Assembly (NCBI GenBank): GCA_037481835.1 | Contig: JBBFKW010000001.1 | Location: 32,001-96,000 of the forward strand | DNA length: 64,000 nucleotides | Direction of reading: 5' to 3' | DNA from: Desulfosoma sp. | GTDB lineage: Bacteria > Desulfobacterota > Syntrophobacteria > Syntrophobacterales > DSM-9756 | Shown here: one piece after another, positions 40,590 to 49,398 of the stretch | Position numbering within the stretch: the stretch's first letter is position 1 | How the letters are laid out: the number at the start of each line of letters is the position of its first letter | Translations under genes and position numbers: made by a program | The notes under the pieces: model-generated | Told to the model about the DNA's origin: nothing | The model's database searches: none | Seen by the model: the letters and a program-made list of their open reading frames with translations, nothing else

Positions 40590-41568
40590 GGAGGATTCCG
40601 TGGGACGGCCCGTAAGTCCTTTCAAAATCGGCCTTTTTGTCCTCTCGTGCGGCCTTTTGGGAACGGCGGCGCTCATCTGGCTCGGAGCGTCCCACCTGTT
40701 CGAGGCCAAGGAAGTGTACGTGACCTATTTTGCCGAATCGGTCAAAGGCCTGCAGAAAGACGCCATCGTGAACTACCGCGGCGTGGCCGTCGGGAGGGTC
40801 GTCTCCGTCGGCCTCGGGCCCGACGGGCGCCTGATCGAAGTCGTCATGCATCTTCGACCCGATTTTGCCATCGACGATACCTTGTCCATACGGCTTCGGG
40901 AACAGGGCCTCACCGGCCTGCGCTTTCTGGAAATCGACTCGGCGCCGTCCAATATCGACGCCCTCACTCCCAAAATCGATTTTCAGCCCCCCTATCGCCT
41001 GATCCGCTCCTACCCGTCGGAAATTCAGGAACTGAAAATGGCCCTGGAAAGCCTTTATGGGAAAATCCTGGCCATGGACTTGGAAGGGCTCACGGCCCAG
41101 TGGAAAAGGGTGGGACATTCCGTGGAAGGCTTGCTCAGCAGCGAGGATCTGGCTCTGACCGTGAAAAACATCCGGCAGGGAACGGAAAGCCTCGCCCGGA
41201 CAGCCGCCGGCTTGGAAAAGGCCGTGGGATCGGCCGAATTTCAAGGCGGGCTGAAGGAATTGGGGCCCGCCGTGGCGGCCGCCCGCCGGGCGGGGCACAT
41301 CCTCGCCCAGAGACTGGAGGAAATTCCTCCGGGCCGGCTGGATGAAACGACCCGCCATGTGGCCGCCTTGGCCGACGAAACACAAAAGGCCATGACCCAA
41401 TGGAAGACCCAGACCAACGAAACCCTGCTCTTGCTGAACCAAGACCTTTACGCGCTCAAAAACTTGCTGGACCAGTTCACGACGACGGTGCGAACCATCC
41501 GGGAAGAACCCGAAAGGGTGATCTTTCCCGGTCGATCCCGAGACCCCTTTGAAAAGCGTGGGCCATGA
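40582..41568 (+). CDS. MlaD/MCE-family substrate-binding protein
   Basis: N-terminal TM, ESVKGL...VNYRGVAVGRV, QGLTG and a helical tail. Confidence 0.9.
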   Translation: MTKEDSVGRPVSPFKIGLFVLSCGLLGTAALIWLGASHLFEAKEVYVTYFAESVKGLQKDAIVNYRGVAVGRVVSVGLGPDGRLIEVVMHLRPDFAIDDTLSIRLREQGLTGLRFLEIDSAPSNIDALTPKIDFQPPYRLIRSYPSEIQELKMALESLYGKILAMDLEGLTAQWKRVGHSVEGLLSSEDLALTVKNIRQGTESLARTAAGLEKAVGSAEFQGGLKELGPAVAAARRAGHILAQRLEEIPPGRLDETTRHVAALADETQKAMTQWKTQTNETLLLLNQDLYALKNLLDQFTTTVRTIREEPERVIFPGRSRDPFEKRGP

Positions 41569-42209
41569 AAAAAAATCTCCTGATCCTGTGGGCGTTCTTC
41601 GGAACGGCGGCGGTGGGCGGCTGTGGAGCCCTCTTCAGTCCCGGCACCCCGCCCGTTTATTATCGAATTTGGGCTTCCGGCCCGGATCCGGCGGTGCCGT
41701 GCAGCCGCACGAAATCGGAACCGTTGCGGGTTTGGCCCCTGGACGGCGCCCCGCCCTATGATCGAACGGACATCGTGCTGCTGCGCGACCCCAACATGGT
41801 GGAACTTTCGTCTCGGCACCGCTGGATCGCCCCACCCGGAGAAATGTCGGCTCAGGTCGTCCTGGAAGCCCTTTCCCGGGCCCGAATCTTTTCCGTGGTG
41901 GACCGGCCCGGAGGTGCGGGCTTTTCGCCCCAATTGAACCTGGGGGGCCATATCCGCCAATTCGCCTTTCATCTGCGGGAAGGAAGCGGGGAGGCGGTCC
42001 TGGATGTGCGGGTCTTTTTATGGAGGGAAACGACTCCCAAAGCCCTGGTCTTCGAAAAGGATTACCGCGTAAGCGAACCCGTGCCGGACGGCGCATCCCC
42101 CCAGCGGTTCGCCGAGGCCATGAACCGGGCCGTCGGGAAATGGGTTGAGGAACTCTCCCGCGATCTCTGCCAATCGCCCTTGGACGGCACCCGCTCGCCT
42201 TCCCCGTAG
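41565..42209 (+). CDS. ABC auxiliary lipoprotein (PqiC/DUF330-like)
   Basis: Lipobox VGGC and the RWIAPP motif. Last gene of the MCE operon. Confidence 0.8.
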   Translation: MKKNLLILWAFFGTAAVGGCGALFSPGTPPVYYRIWASGPDPAVPCSRTKSEPLRVWPLDGAPPYDRTDIVLLRDPNMVELSSRHRWIAPPGEMSAQVVLEALSRARIFSVVDRPGGAGFSPQLNLGGHIRQFAFHLREGSGEAVLDVRVFLWRETTPKALVFEKDYRVSEPVPDGASPQRFAEAMNRAVGKWVEELSRDLCQSPLDGTRSPSP

Positions 42210-42579
42210 CGTCGCCGGCGCCGGGGAAACCGGAGGGCAATGCTGTGGACTTAAGGGCGGGCAACATGGGCGTGAATGTCGCACGATGGCGAAATAGATA
42301 AAATTGTCATTCACTGACTCACAAGATCTGCACACCTTACTGGTGCCGAAGACAGGATTAACCCTTCAACCCAGGAGCCTGTCCGACAAGGTGTGCCATG
42401 TTTGCATGAAAGTTGAACTCAGAGCTTCAGAAGGCCGGACTTTCATGGTTCGTTGTCTGGCCGGGGCACGACAAGAATCACGGACACGGTCACACATGGC
42501 GGTGCCACAACGAAGGATAACCCACCACCCCACGGGCCCGTCCGACGATGGACCCCGTGCCGCCTGTTCCACGTCCACT

Positions 42580-42650
42580 CGTCATCCACACGAAAGCGGG
42601 GATCCAGAATTTACAGTTCGCTGTCGACTCCCGCTTGCGCAGGAGTGACG
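42580..42650. repeat. Degenerate GTCATTCCCGCG..GCGGGAATC-type palindromic element
   Basis: cgtcatccacacgaaagcggggatcca ... gactcccgcttgcgcaggagtgacg inverted pair. Confidence 0.65.
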
Positions 42651-42669
42651 CTCTGCGGATTATTTCAGA

Positions 42670-42861
42670 CAGCCTCCTTGATAAAAAAATTGGGAAAGGA
42701 GACAATCATGATGGCAAAGAACCAGCTGTGAAAATCCATGGCACATTGCCCCCATCTTTGCACGCTTTTTGAGCCTTATTCCCAAAGAGATCACCCCGGA
42801 AGGCAAGGATTCCGCCGAAGATTTCACCCGCACCCGTAAGCTCCCTTTCGCCAAGCTTATC
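42670..42861 (+). pseudogene. IS4-family transposase N-terminal remnant
   Basis: 42820-42861 translates as DFTRTRKLPFAKLI, which resembles an IS4-family N-terminal motif. No intact ORF follows. Confidence 0.55.
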
Positions 42862-42884
42862 TCACCGAGCCTCTTCCTTCGGCG

Positions 42885-42927
42885 CCCCCCTCACCCTAAC
42901 CCTCTCCCCCCAAAGGGGGGAGAGGGA
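42885..42927. repeat. BoxC-like palindromic repeat
   Basis: ccctcaccctaaccctctccccccaaaggggggagaggg. Confidence 0.8.
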
Positions 42928-42985
42928 TGAAAATGCTATCTCTTTGGATTTTACCGGAAAAAGGCTGGAATAGAACACTCCCCCA

Positions 42986-43060
42986 AAGGGGGCAGAGGAT
43001 ATGAAAAGGCTAAGGGGGCAGAGGGGATGAAAAGGCTAAGGGGGCAGAGGGGATGAAAAC
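42986..43060 (+). repeat. 26-bp tandem repeat (about 3 copies)
   Basis: aagggggcagagg(at/gg)atgaaaaggct at 42986, 43012 and 43038. Confidence 0.85.
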
Positions 43061-43125
43061 AAACACAGCCCCGAAGGGGGCGTAACACCCCGACCGACAT
43101 CCCCATGCGGGATCGCCCCATTGCT

Positions 43126-44490
43126 TCAATCATCCAGGCAGCGCGTTTCAATGCGGCGGGAGACGTGTTCCACGTGCTTTTTCATGGGGCTGTTCTTGCG
43201 GCTCAGTTCCTGGTCCACCTTCTTGATGGCGTAAATGACGGTGCTGTGGCTTCGGCCGAAGGCCTGGGCGATGACGTTCAGGGATTCCTTGGTGTACTTG
43301 CGGCAGAGATACATGGCCAACTGCCGCGCTTCCGAGATGCGCCGGCTTCTCGCCTTGGATTCCAGATCTTGTTCGCTCAGCCCGAAACTCTTGCACACCG
43401 CGCTCTTCACGTGCCCGATATCCAGCGTGGGCAGGTATTCCAAAATCGTCTGGGTCACCTCGTGGGCCAACCCCAACGTAATGGGCACCCCCAGAATGCT
43501 GCTCTTGGCCATGAGGCCCACGAGGCAGCTTTCCAGCCGGCGGACATCTCCGGTCACGCGATCGGCCAAAAATTCCACCACGTCCATGGGCAGCTGCACG
43601 TTGTCGTAGGCGGCCTTGCGCCGGATGATTTCCTTGCGGGTGTCGAAGTCCGGCCGGTCGATGGGCGCCATGAGCAGGCCGCCGAGACGGGAGCGCAATT
43701 CGCGGTTGAGCTTGGGGATGTCCTTGGGGGACGTCTTTCCCGTGCAGATGATCCGGCGGCCTCGGTCCAGGATCTCATCAATCGTGTAGATGAGTTCGTC
43801 CTGGATCTTTCGCTTGCCGCTGAAAAATTCCACCTTTTCCAGCAACAGGACATCGCACCCGTCACGGTAGGCTTTTTTGAACTCTTCGATGCGGTCCCGC
43901 TTCAGGGCCGACACCATCTCATTGGTGAATTGTTCCGCCGTGACGTAACGCACCCGCATGGACGGCGCCTGCTGCATGAGGAAATTGCCCACCGCGTGGG
44001 TGAGGTGGCTCTTGCCCAGCCCGGGGTCCGCCATGAGGTACACCGATTGGTGCTGGAACCCCCGCTGCCCCGTCATGGCCCTGCACGTGGCGTAGGCGAA
44101 ATGGTTGGATTGGCCCACGACGAACTGGTCGAAGGTGAACCGAGGATTGAACACGGAACGCACGGGCTGGCCGATATCGAGAAAGGAAAGCTGCGCAGAT
44201 GGGCGCTCATCCCCTTGATCGTCTTCGTCTTCTCGGTCCATTTCCGGTGTTTTTGGCTGGATTTCGAAGCGGCATTCGGCCAGTTGGGGAAATCGTTCCC
44301 GAGCCGCTTCGAGAATACGGCCGGACAAGTTGACGCGAACCCAGTCGGCGTGGAATTTGTTCCGGCACCCCAAGGTGAGGCAATGCCCGTCGAAGCGAAC
44401 GAACGTCAAGGTGGCGACGTAAAAGTCATATTGGCCCTTGGATAGCCCTTGTTTGAGCCTCTCGCAAACGGCATCCCATTCGTTCTGCAT
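43126..44490 (-). CDS. DnaA-like protein (probable paralog)
   Basis: NPRFTFDQFVVGQSN, PGLGKSHL, LRSRL and domain IV RQLAMYL...GRSHSTV. No dnaN/recF/gyrB context. Confidence 0.9.
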   Translation of the reverse strand: MQNEWDAVCERLKQGLSKGQYDFYVATLTFVRFDGHCLTLGCRNKFHADWVRVNLSGRILEAARERFPQLAECRFEIQPKTPEMDREDEDDQGDERPSAQLSFLDIGQPVRSVFNPRFTFDQFVVGQSNHFAYATCRAMTGQRGFQHQSVYLMADPGLGKSHLTHAVGNFLMQQAPSMRVRYVTAEQFTNEMVSALKRDRIEEFKKAYRDGCDVLLLEKVEFFSGKRKIQDELIYTIDEILDRGRRIICTGKTSPKDIPKLNRELRSRLGGLLMAPIDRPDFDTRKEIIRRKAAYDNVQLPMDVVEFLADRVTGDVRRLESCLVGLMAKSSILGVPITLGLAHEVTQTILEYLPTLDIGHVKSAVCKSFGLSEQDLESKARSRRISEARQLAMYLCRKYTKESLNVIAQAFGRSHSTVIYAIKKVDQELSRKNSPMKKHVEHVSRRIETRCLDD

Positions 44491-44686
44491 CACCAACGCC
44501 TCCCTGGAAAACCGGTCCCTCTGCCGCCCTGGAAAAGGCCGCACCTCAGGCATCCGGGAAGAAACGCCTCGGGGCGATCCCGCGAGCGGCGGAGGGTGCG
44601 AAGGAGTTCTCGTGAATGGAACCGTACGGAATGTCTACAGAAACAGAGCACATGACAACCTGAGCCCCGTGCCTTGTCGCGCTCTT

Positions 44687-44715
44687 CTGATACCGACTTT
44701 GCCCGGGGAGGTCAA
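44687..44715 (-). promoter_or_regulatory. Putative sigma70 promoter of the dnaA-like gene
   Basis: TTGACC (44715-44710), 17-nt spacer, TATCAG (44692-44687). Confidence 0.45.
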
Positions 44716-45046
44716 AGTCCGTCTGGGCCCATCTGCCGCCGGCGCCGAAGCCGCTTTTGGAAGGAAATTCTTTCGCGATGCACAGATCTTAGCCGCCCAT
44801 CCCATGCAAGTGCGCGATTCGCGACTTGTTTATGGACGCCATGTTTTCCGTCGCAATATCGTTTTCTTGGCCGCATCCCCTCGGGGGAAGGACACCCCGT
44901 CCGTTTCCGGAAACTCCCCATTTCTCTTCCTTTTGAAAAATTTCACCAAATTTTAACACAGAGCGCCGTCGAGGCTCCCGCGGCTTGAATCTTCCATCGG
45001 TTGTGGTAGGCTGCGGGGGAAATCCAGTGCGGAAGGGGGCGTTCCA

Positions 45047-45634
45047 TTGAAGATTCCCACCATGATCGAGTGCTTGGAGCTTTTGAAGACGGTCCGAGTC
45101 CCGCCCCACATCGTGGCCCACAGCACGGAAGTCGCCCGGTGTGCGGTGGCGCTGGCCCGGAATCTCAACGGCACCGGCCGCCGGTTGAACGAAGGTTTGC
45201 TCTGGGCCGGCGGGCTGCTGCACGACATCGCCAAGGAAATTTCTCTGAAAACGGGAGAAAACCACGCCCGGCTGGGGGCCGCCCTGTTGGAACAGTGGGG
45301 CTTCGGCGCTGTGGCGCCCATCGTGCGCGATCACATCGAACTCGACCCGTCCATGCTGGAAGAACCCCTTTCGGAATCGGTCGTGGTCAACTACGCGGAC
45401 AAGCGGGTCAAGCACGACGAAATCGTGACCCTGGATGTGCGCTTTGCAGACCTCGTGGCTCGATACGGCAAGACCCCGGAAAAGAAAGCGTTTCTGGAAC
45501 GCCGTTGGGCGCTGTACAAAATCCTGGAGCGAAAACTTTTCGCCCACACTGGCATCCGCCCGGATCGGCTTGCCGATGAAGCCCGCAAGGTTCCGCGGCC
45601 CCAGGAAGGTGTGGACCACGGCACGACGGCATGA
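45047..45634 (+). CDS. HD/HDIG-domain phosphohydrolase
   Basis: HIVAHS, LLHDIAK, ENHA and NYADKRV. Confidence 0.88.
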   Translation: MKIPTMIECLELLKTVRVPPHIVAHSTEVARCAVALARNLNGTGRRLNEGLLWAGGLLHDIAKEISLKTGENHARLGAALLEQWGFGAVAPIVRDHIELDPSMLEEPLSESVVVNYADKRVKHDEIVTLDVRFADLVARYGKTPEKKAFLERRWALYKILERKLFAHTGIRPDRLADEARKVPRPQEGVDHGTTA

Positions 45635-45652
45635 ATCCAAGGAGGAAGGCCC

Positions 45653-46600
45653 ATGGCGACGACCAAACTGAGGGTGGCTTTGCTGGCCGGAGGGGTTTCC
45701 GCGGAGAGGGAGGTGTCCCTCAAAAGCGCCCAACAGGTCTATGAGGCGCTCGACAAGGACAAGTACGACATCACCCGCTACGATCCAAAGGACGATCTGC
45801 CCCGGCTCGTTCTGGACGCCCCCTTGATCGATGTGGCCTTGATCATTCTCCACGGCCGCCTGGGCGAGGACGGCACCATCCAGGGCTTTCTCGACTCCCT
45901 GGGCATCCCCTACCAGGGAAGCGGTGTTTTGGGGAGCGCCCTCGCCATGAACAAGATCCTCAGCAAGCGCCTCTACGAACAGGAAGGCCTTCCCGTCGCC
46001 CCTTACGTCATCGCCGACCGGTCCCATCCCCCAAGCACGACGGCCGTTGTGGACCGGCTGGGCTTGCCCGTGGTCGTCAAACCCGAACACGAAGGGTCCA
46101 GTATCGGCTTGAGCATCGTTCGGGAAGAACGGGATCTGCCCGGCGCTCTGGAAAAGGCCTGGGCCTATGACCGGCGATGCCTCGTGGAAAGGTACATCCC
46201 CGGAGTGGAGGTCACGGGAGGCGTTTTGGGAAACGACGAGGTGCAGGCGTTGCCCCTGGTGGAAATCGTGCCCGGGGAACAATTCGAGTTCTTTGACTAC
46301 GAAGCGAAATACACGCCGGGAGCGAGCCGGGAAATCTGCCCGGCCCGCCTTTCCCCGCAACTCACCCGAAAAGCCCAGGAACTGGCCGTCAGGGCGCACC
46401 AAACCTTATGCTGTCGCGGCTACAGCCGCACGGACATGATGGTCGACCTTGCGGAAGAAAAGATTTACGTCTTGGAAACCAACACGATTCCGGGGATGAC
46501 CGAAACCAGCCTTTTCCCGCAGGCCGCGGCCGCCGCCGGCATCCCGTTTCCTCAGCTGCTGGACCGGCTCATCGCCCTGGCCCTGGAAGACAGGAGGTGA
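45653..46600 (+). CDS. ddl: D-alanine-D-alanine ligase
   Basis: GGVSAEREVSL, LHGRLGEDG, YEAKY and LETNTIPGMT. Confidence 0.96.
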   Translation: MATTKLRVALLAGGVSAEREVSLKSAQQVYEALDKDKYDITRYDPKDDLPRLVLDAPLIDVALIILHGRLGEDGTIQGFLDSLGIPYQGSGVLGSALAMNKILSKRLYEQEGLPVAPYVIADRSHPPSTTAVVDRLGLPVVVKPEHEGSSIGLSIVREERDLPGALEKAWAYDRRCLVERYIPGVEVTGGVLGNDEVQALPLVEIVPGEQFEFFDYEAKYTPGASREICPARLSPQLTRKAQELAVRAHQTLCCRGYSRTDMMVDLAEEKIYVLETNTIPGMTETSLFPQAAAAAGIPFPQLLDRLIALALEDRR

Positions 46601-47490
46601 AGCCCCAGGGAGAGGCCCCAGGTGATGCACACAGCCGTGACGAGGCGCGGCACCCACAGCCAAAAGGCCGGGAGGCCCAACGGCAAAAAGAGCATGGGGT
46701 CTTCCACCATGGAATGATTGACCCCGACGGAAAGATGGAGGGATTCCAAATCTTCGGGCGTGAGGTCCGAATTCTTCGCTTCTTCCACAATGACGGCCCC
46801 GCCGTAAGCCAGGCCGAAGACCACCGCCGTCATCCACAGCACCCCGACGCGGTGCGAAAGGCCGAGAATCCGCAAAAGAGGGCTCGTCGCCTTGACGATC
46901 CACGTGATCCAGTGGCGGGCTTTGGCCACTTCCAGCACCGTCATGATCCCCATGATGATGACGAAGATTTTCAAACAGAGCCGTGCCGTGGAAATCCCCC
47001 AAGCCAGGGTCATGTCCACGAATCCCTGCGGATTCGCCGCCGGGCTGATAGCCGCGTCCACGTCGTGGGGGGTCGTGCCCACGAAAAACTTGAGGACATA
47101 GACGGTGGCCACCGCGGCCAGGACCCGCACCGCTACGGCTTTCCACGCCTTGATGCCCGACCGGGACTGGATGATGGTCTCCTGGATCATGTTGTGGCAG
47201 ATGAGAATGAAATTGGCGAGAAGGACCATTTCCCCCGTGCTGAACGGCAGGACGGACATGGCGGCGATCCCGCCGTAGACGCTGGTCAGGGCTCCCACGA
47301 TCAAGGGCACGGCCCCTACGGCCGGAAGGCCCAAGTGGTGCATGAAGGGTTTGAGCAGGACCGTGAGGGCATCCAGCACCCCGGTCCACGCCAGGATGGC
47401 GGTGCCGTAGGACACCGGGACGACGATCTTGGCCATCCACAGAAATCCTGAAAGCCCCTTGAGGGCTCCTTGCTTGAGGATATCTTTCAT
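46552..47490 (-). CDS. Membrane protein with nucleoside-recognition GATE domains
   Basis: Multi-TM protein with ICHNMIQE, GLAYGGAVI and NHSMVED. Confidence 0.75.
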   Translation of the reverse strand: MKDILKQGALKGLSGFLWMAKIVVPVSYGTAILAWTGVLDALTVLLKPFMHHLGLPAVGAVPLIVGALTSVYGGIAAMSVLPFSTGEMVLLANFILICHNMIQETIIQSRSGIKAWKAVAVRVLAAVATVYVLKFFVGTTPHDVDAAISPAANPQGFVDMTLAWGISTARLCLKIFVIIMGIMTVLEVAKARHWITWIVKATSPLLRILGLSHRVGVLWMTAVVFGLAYGGAVIVEEAKNSDLTPEDLESLHLSVGVNHSMVEDPMLFLPLGLPAFWLWVPRLVTAVCITWGLSLGLHLLSSRARAMSRSSS

Positions 47491-47528
47491 CGCCGTCACG
47501 GTGCGCCCTTCCATCCCCGGCAGCCCGC

Positions 47529-48143
47529 CTAAGAGGCGATAAAGGTGCCTCGAGGGGCCCCCACATTGTCAAAAGCCGAGTTGAAGTTCCGATACAGGGA
47601 ATGGTGGTCCGGGATGCGGTGCCACTTCTTGATATATCCCGGCGGCAAATCCTTCACCATCTGCACGCCCTTCCATTTTTCCGGGATGGGATAGGCGTAG
47701 TAGGGCAGGTCCTCGGGCACGCCCCGCACCAGGATCACCTGGGGGACCACCCATTCCAGATAGGCCAGGTACAGGCGGTGCATGCCGTCGTTGATGAGGT
47801 TCACCACCCGGCCGTTGCGTTCCACGGACTCTTCCACCACGGGCGGCAAGAGGTCGATGGGATCGTCTTGGCCGTCAAGCCAGATTTTCAGGTAACCGTT
47901 GAGCCGAAACAGGTCGAAGCCGAAGCGTTCCAGTTCCCACTGAAGGTGCCGGACCTTTTGGAGCTCCTGGACGAGGACGTAGCGCTGCGCCGGGTAAAGA
48001 TCCTCGCAGGGGATTTCTTCCAAGCTGATGGTCGCGTCCCGGTAAACATACACGTCGGGGCGTTTGAGCAGCGTGACGCGGCGAAGCCGGTCCAGCAGAT
48101 CTCCTTCCGGGCGATACTGCACCTTGGCGATGCGCCATTCCAT
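47529..48143 (-). CDS. Hypothetical protein, possible ParB/Srx-like fold
   Basis: PPVVE...LINDGMHRL. GAGGAGG RBS. Confidence 0.65.
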   Translation of the reverse strand: MEWRIAKVQYRPEGDLLDRLRRVTLLKRPDVYVYRDATISLEEIPCEDLYPAQRYVLVQELQKVRHLQWELERFGFDLFRLNGYLKIWLDGQDDPIDLLPPVVEESVERNGRVVNLINDGMHRLYLAYLEWVVPQVILVRGVPEDLPYYAYPIPEKWKGVQMVKDLPPGYIKKWHRIPDHHSLYRNFNSAFDNVGAPRGTFIAS

Positions 48144-48164
48144 GATAGGGCCTCCTCAAAAGAG

Positions 48165-48190
48165 GAAAGCCCGCTGGTAGCGGGCTTTTC
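48165..48190. terminator. Intrinsic terminator downstream of tRNA-Phe
   Basis: AAAGCCCGCT-GGT-AGCGGGCTTT hairpin. Confidence 0.7.
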
Positions 48191-48230
48191 TATGAGTGGG
48201 GCGGTAACCCCGAAATTTGATGAATGCGTG

Positions 48231-48306
48231 TGGTGGCGAGGCCCAGAATCGAACTGGGGACACGAGGATTTTCAGTCCACTGCTCTACCGACTGAGCTAC
48301 CTCGCC
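48231..48306 (-). tRNA. tRNA-Phe(GAA)
   Basis: GGCGAGGTAGCTCAG...CT-GAA-AA...GTTCGATTC...CCTCGCCACCA. Upstream TTGACA-18-TAAGTT. Confidence 0.95.
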
Positions 48307-48357
48307 GAAACCGTGCGCGAACTTACAGGATCGTTCGAACCCTTGTCAAGCACTTTG

Positions 48358-49398
48358 TCACCGGTCCTCTTCATCGTCCGGTTCAATATAAAAGCCGTCC
48401 TCCAGTTCCAGGACCAGCCCGTCGATGGCGGGCTCTTCCTTTTCCGCCGCCGTCCCTTCGGCCGGCTTCGGCGCATCCTCTTCCGTCAAGGCATCCAGAT
48501 CCAGAACAAGGGCTTCGTCTTGGAACTCCCCGCCCGCCGGCTCCTCCGGAGCCGGTTCCTCCAGGCTGAATTCCTGCACGGCCAGGCCGCCGTCGCGCTC
48601 TTCCATAAGGATGAAGACATCTTCATCCTCTTCTTTTCGCCCAGGAGCCTCGTCAGGGGCCTCCAGTTCCCGGACGTCCACTCCAAGGTCTTCATCGATC
48701 TCCAAAGCCCCTTCGGGGACCTCCGGCTCCAACACCACCGCCGACGGCCCCGCCTGTGCCTCGCCGACTTCCGCCCCGTGACCATCGATTTCTTTCAAAA
48801 TCCCATCGGCGGATTCCAGCTCGCGGCGCAGCCTTTCCAGCGCTTCATCGGTCATGGCCTCTTCATCCAGGGATTCCGAGAGTTCGGGGTCGTCTTCCAC
48901 GTCGGAAAGATCGAAAACCCCCGGCTCCTCCACGGACTCGGCGTCCCCGTCGATTTTCAAGTCCAAAGCCTCGGGCCATGCTTCCGCAGGCGGCGGCTCG
49001 GACTCGGCCCTTTCGCCCTCGGAAACCTCCAGGGCCAACCCGGAACTCACCGCACCCCCCATGGGCTCGAGCTCTTCCGCCGGCTCCTCGCCTTCGTCAA
49101 GAAGTTCCAGGGTGATCTCTTCGGGCTTTTCGTCCAGATCCACCCTGAGGTCGATTTCTCCCAGGAGGTCCAAGGATGCGCCCGATGGGGCGGCTTCGGC
49201 GACGACGGCCGTCGTCGTCGCCGAAGCCGCTGCGGCCTTGTGGCTCATGGCAAGAACGGCCTCCAGGATAAAGGCCGGCACCGCCGGCATGAAATCCAAG
49301 AGATTGAGTTCCGCGCGCACCGCATCCAAGTCCTTACCGCACTTGGCGCAGGCTCTCACGTGATCCGATCCGATGAAACCGCATTTGGGACATTTCAT
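48358..49398 (-). CDS. Zn-ribbon protein with a long acidic disordered tail
   Basis: MKCPKCG...CAKCG, then strongly E/D-rich. ATG overlaps the rsmE stop. Confidence 0.8.
   Translation of the reverse strand: MKCPKCGFIGSDHVRACAKCGKDLDAVRAELNLLDFMPAVPAFILEAVLAMSHKAAAASATTTAVVAEAAPSGASLDLLGEIDLRVDLDEKPEEITLELLDEGEEPAEELEPMGGAVSSGLALEVSEGERAESEPPPAEAWPEALDLKIDGDAESVEEPGVFDLSDVEDDPELSESLDEEAMTDEALERLRRELESADGILKEIDGHGAEVGEAQAGPSAVVLEPEVPEGALEIDEDLGVDVRELEAPDEAPGRKEEDEDVFILMEERDGGLAVQEFSLEEPAPEEPAGGEFQDEALVLDLDALTEEDAPKPAEGTAAEKEEPAIDGLVLELEDGFYIEPDDEEDR

Noticed and set aside
38196..42209. Genomic island integrated at tRNA-Met
   Set aside because: No integrase and no duplicated tRNA 3' end were seen. 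The downstream genes are housekeeping.
42986..43060. Possible CRISPR array or iterons near the dnaA-like gene
   Set aside because: Contiguous tandem units with no spacers. They resemble the arm of the neighbouring BoxC-like palindrome.
44491..45046. oriC next to the dnaA-like gene
   Set aside because: I found no convincing DnaA-box cluster or AT-rich unwinding element, and no dnaN/gyrB.
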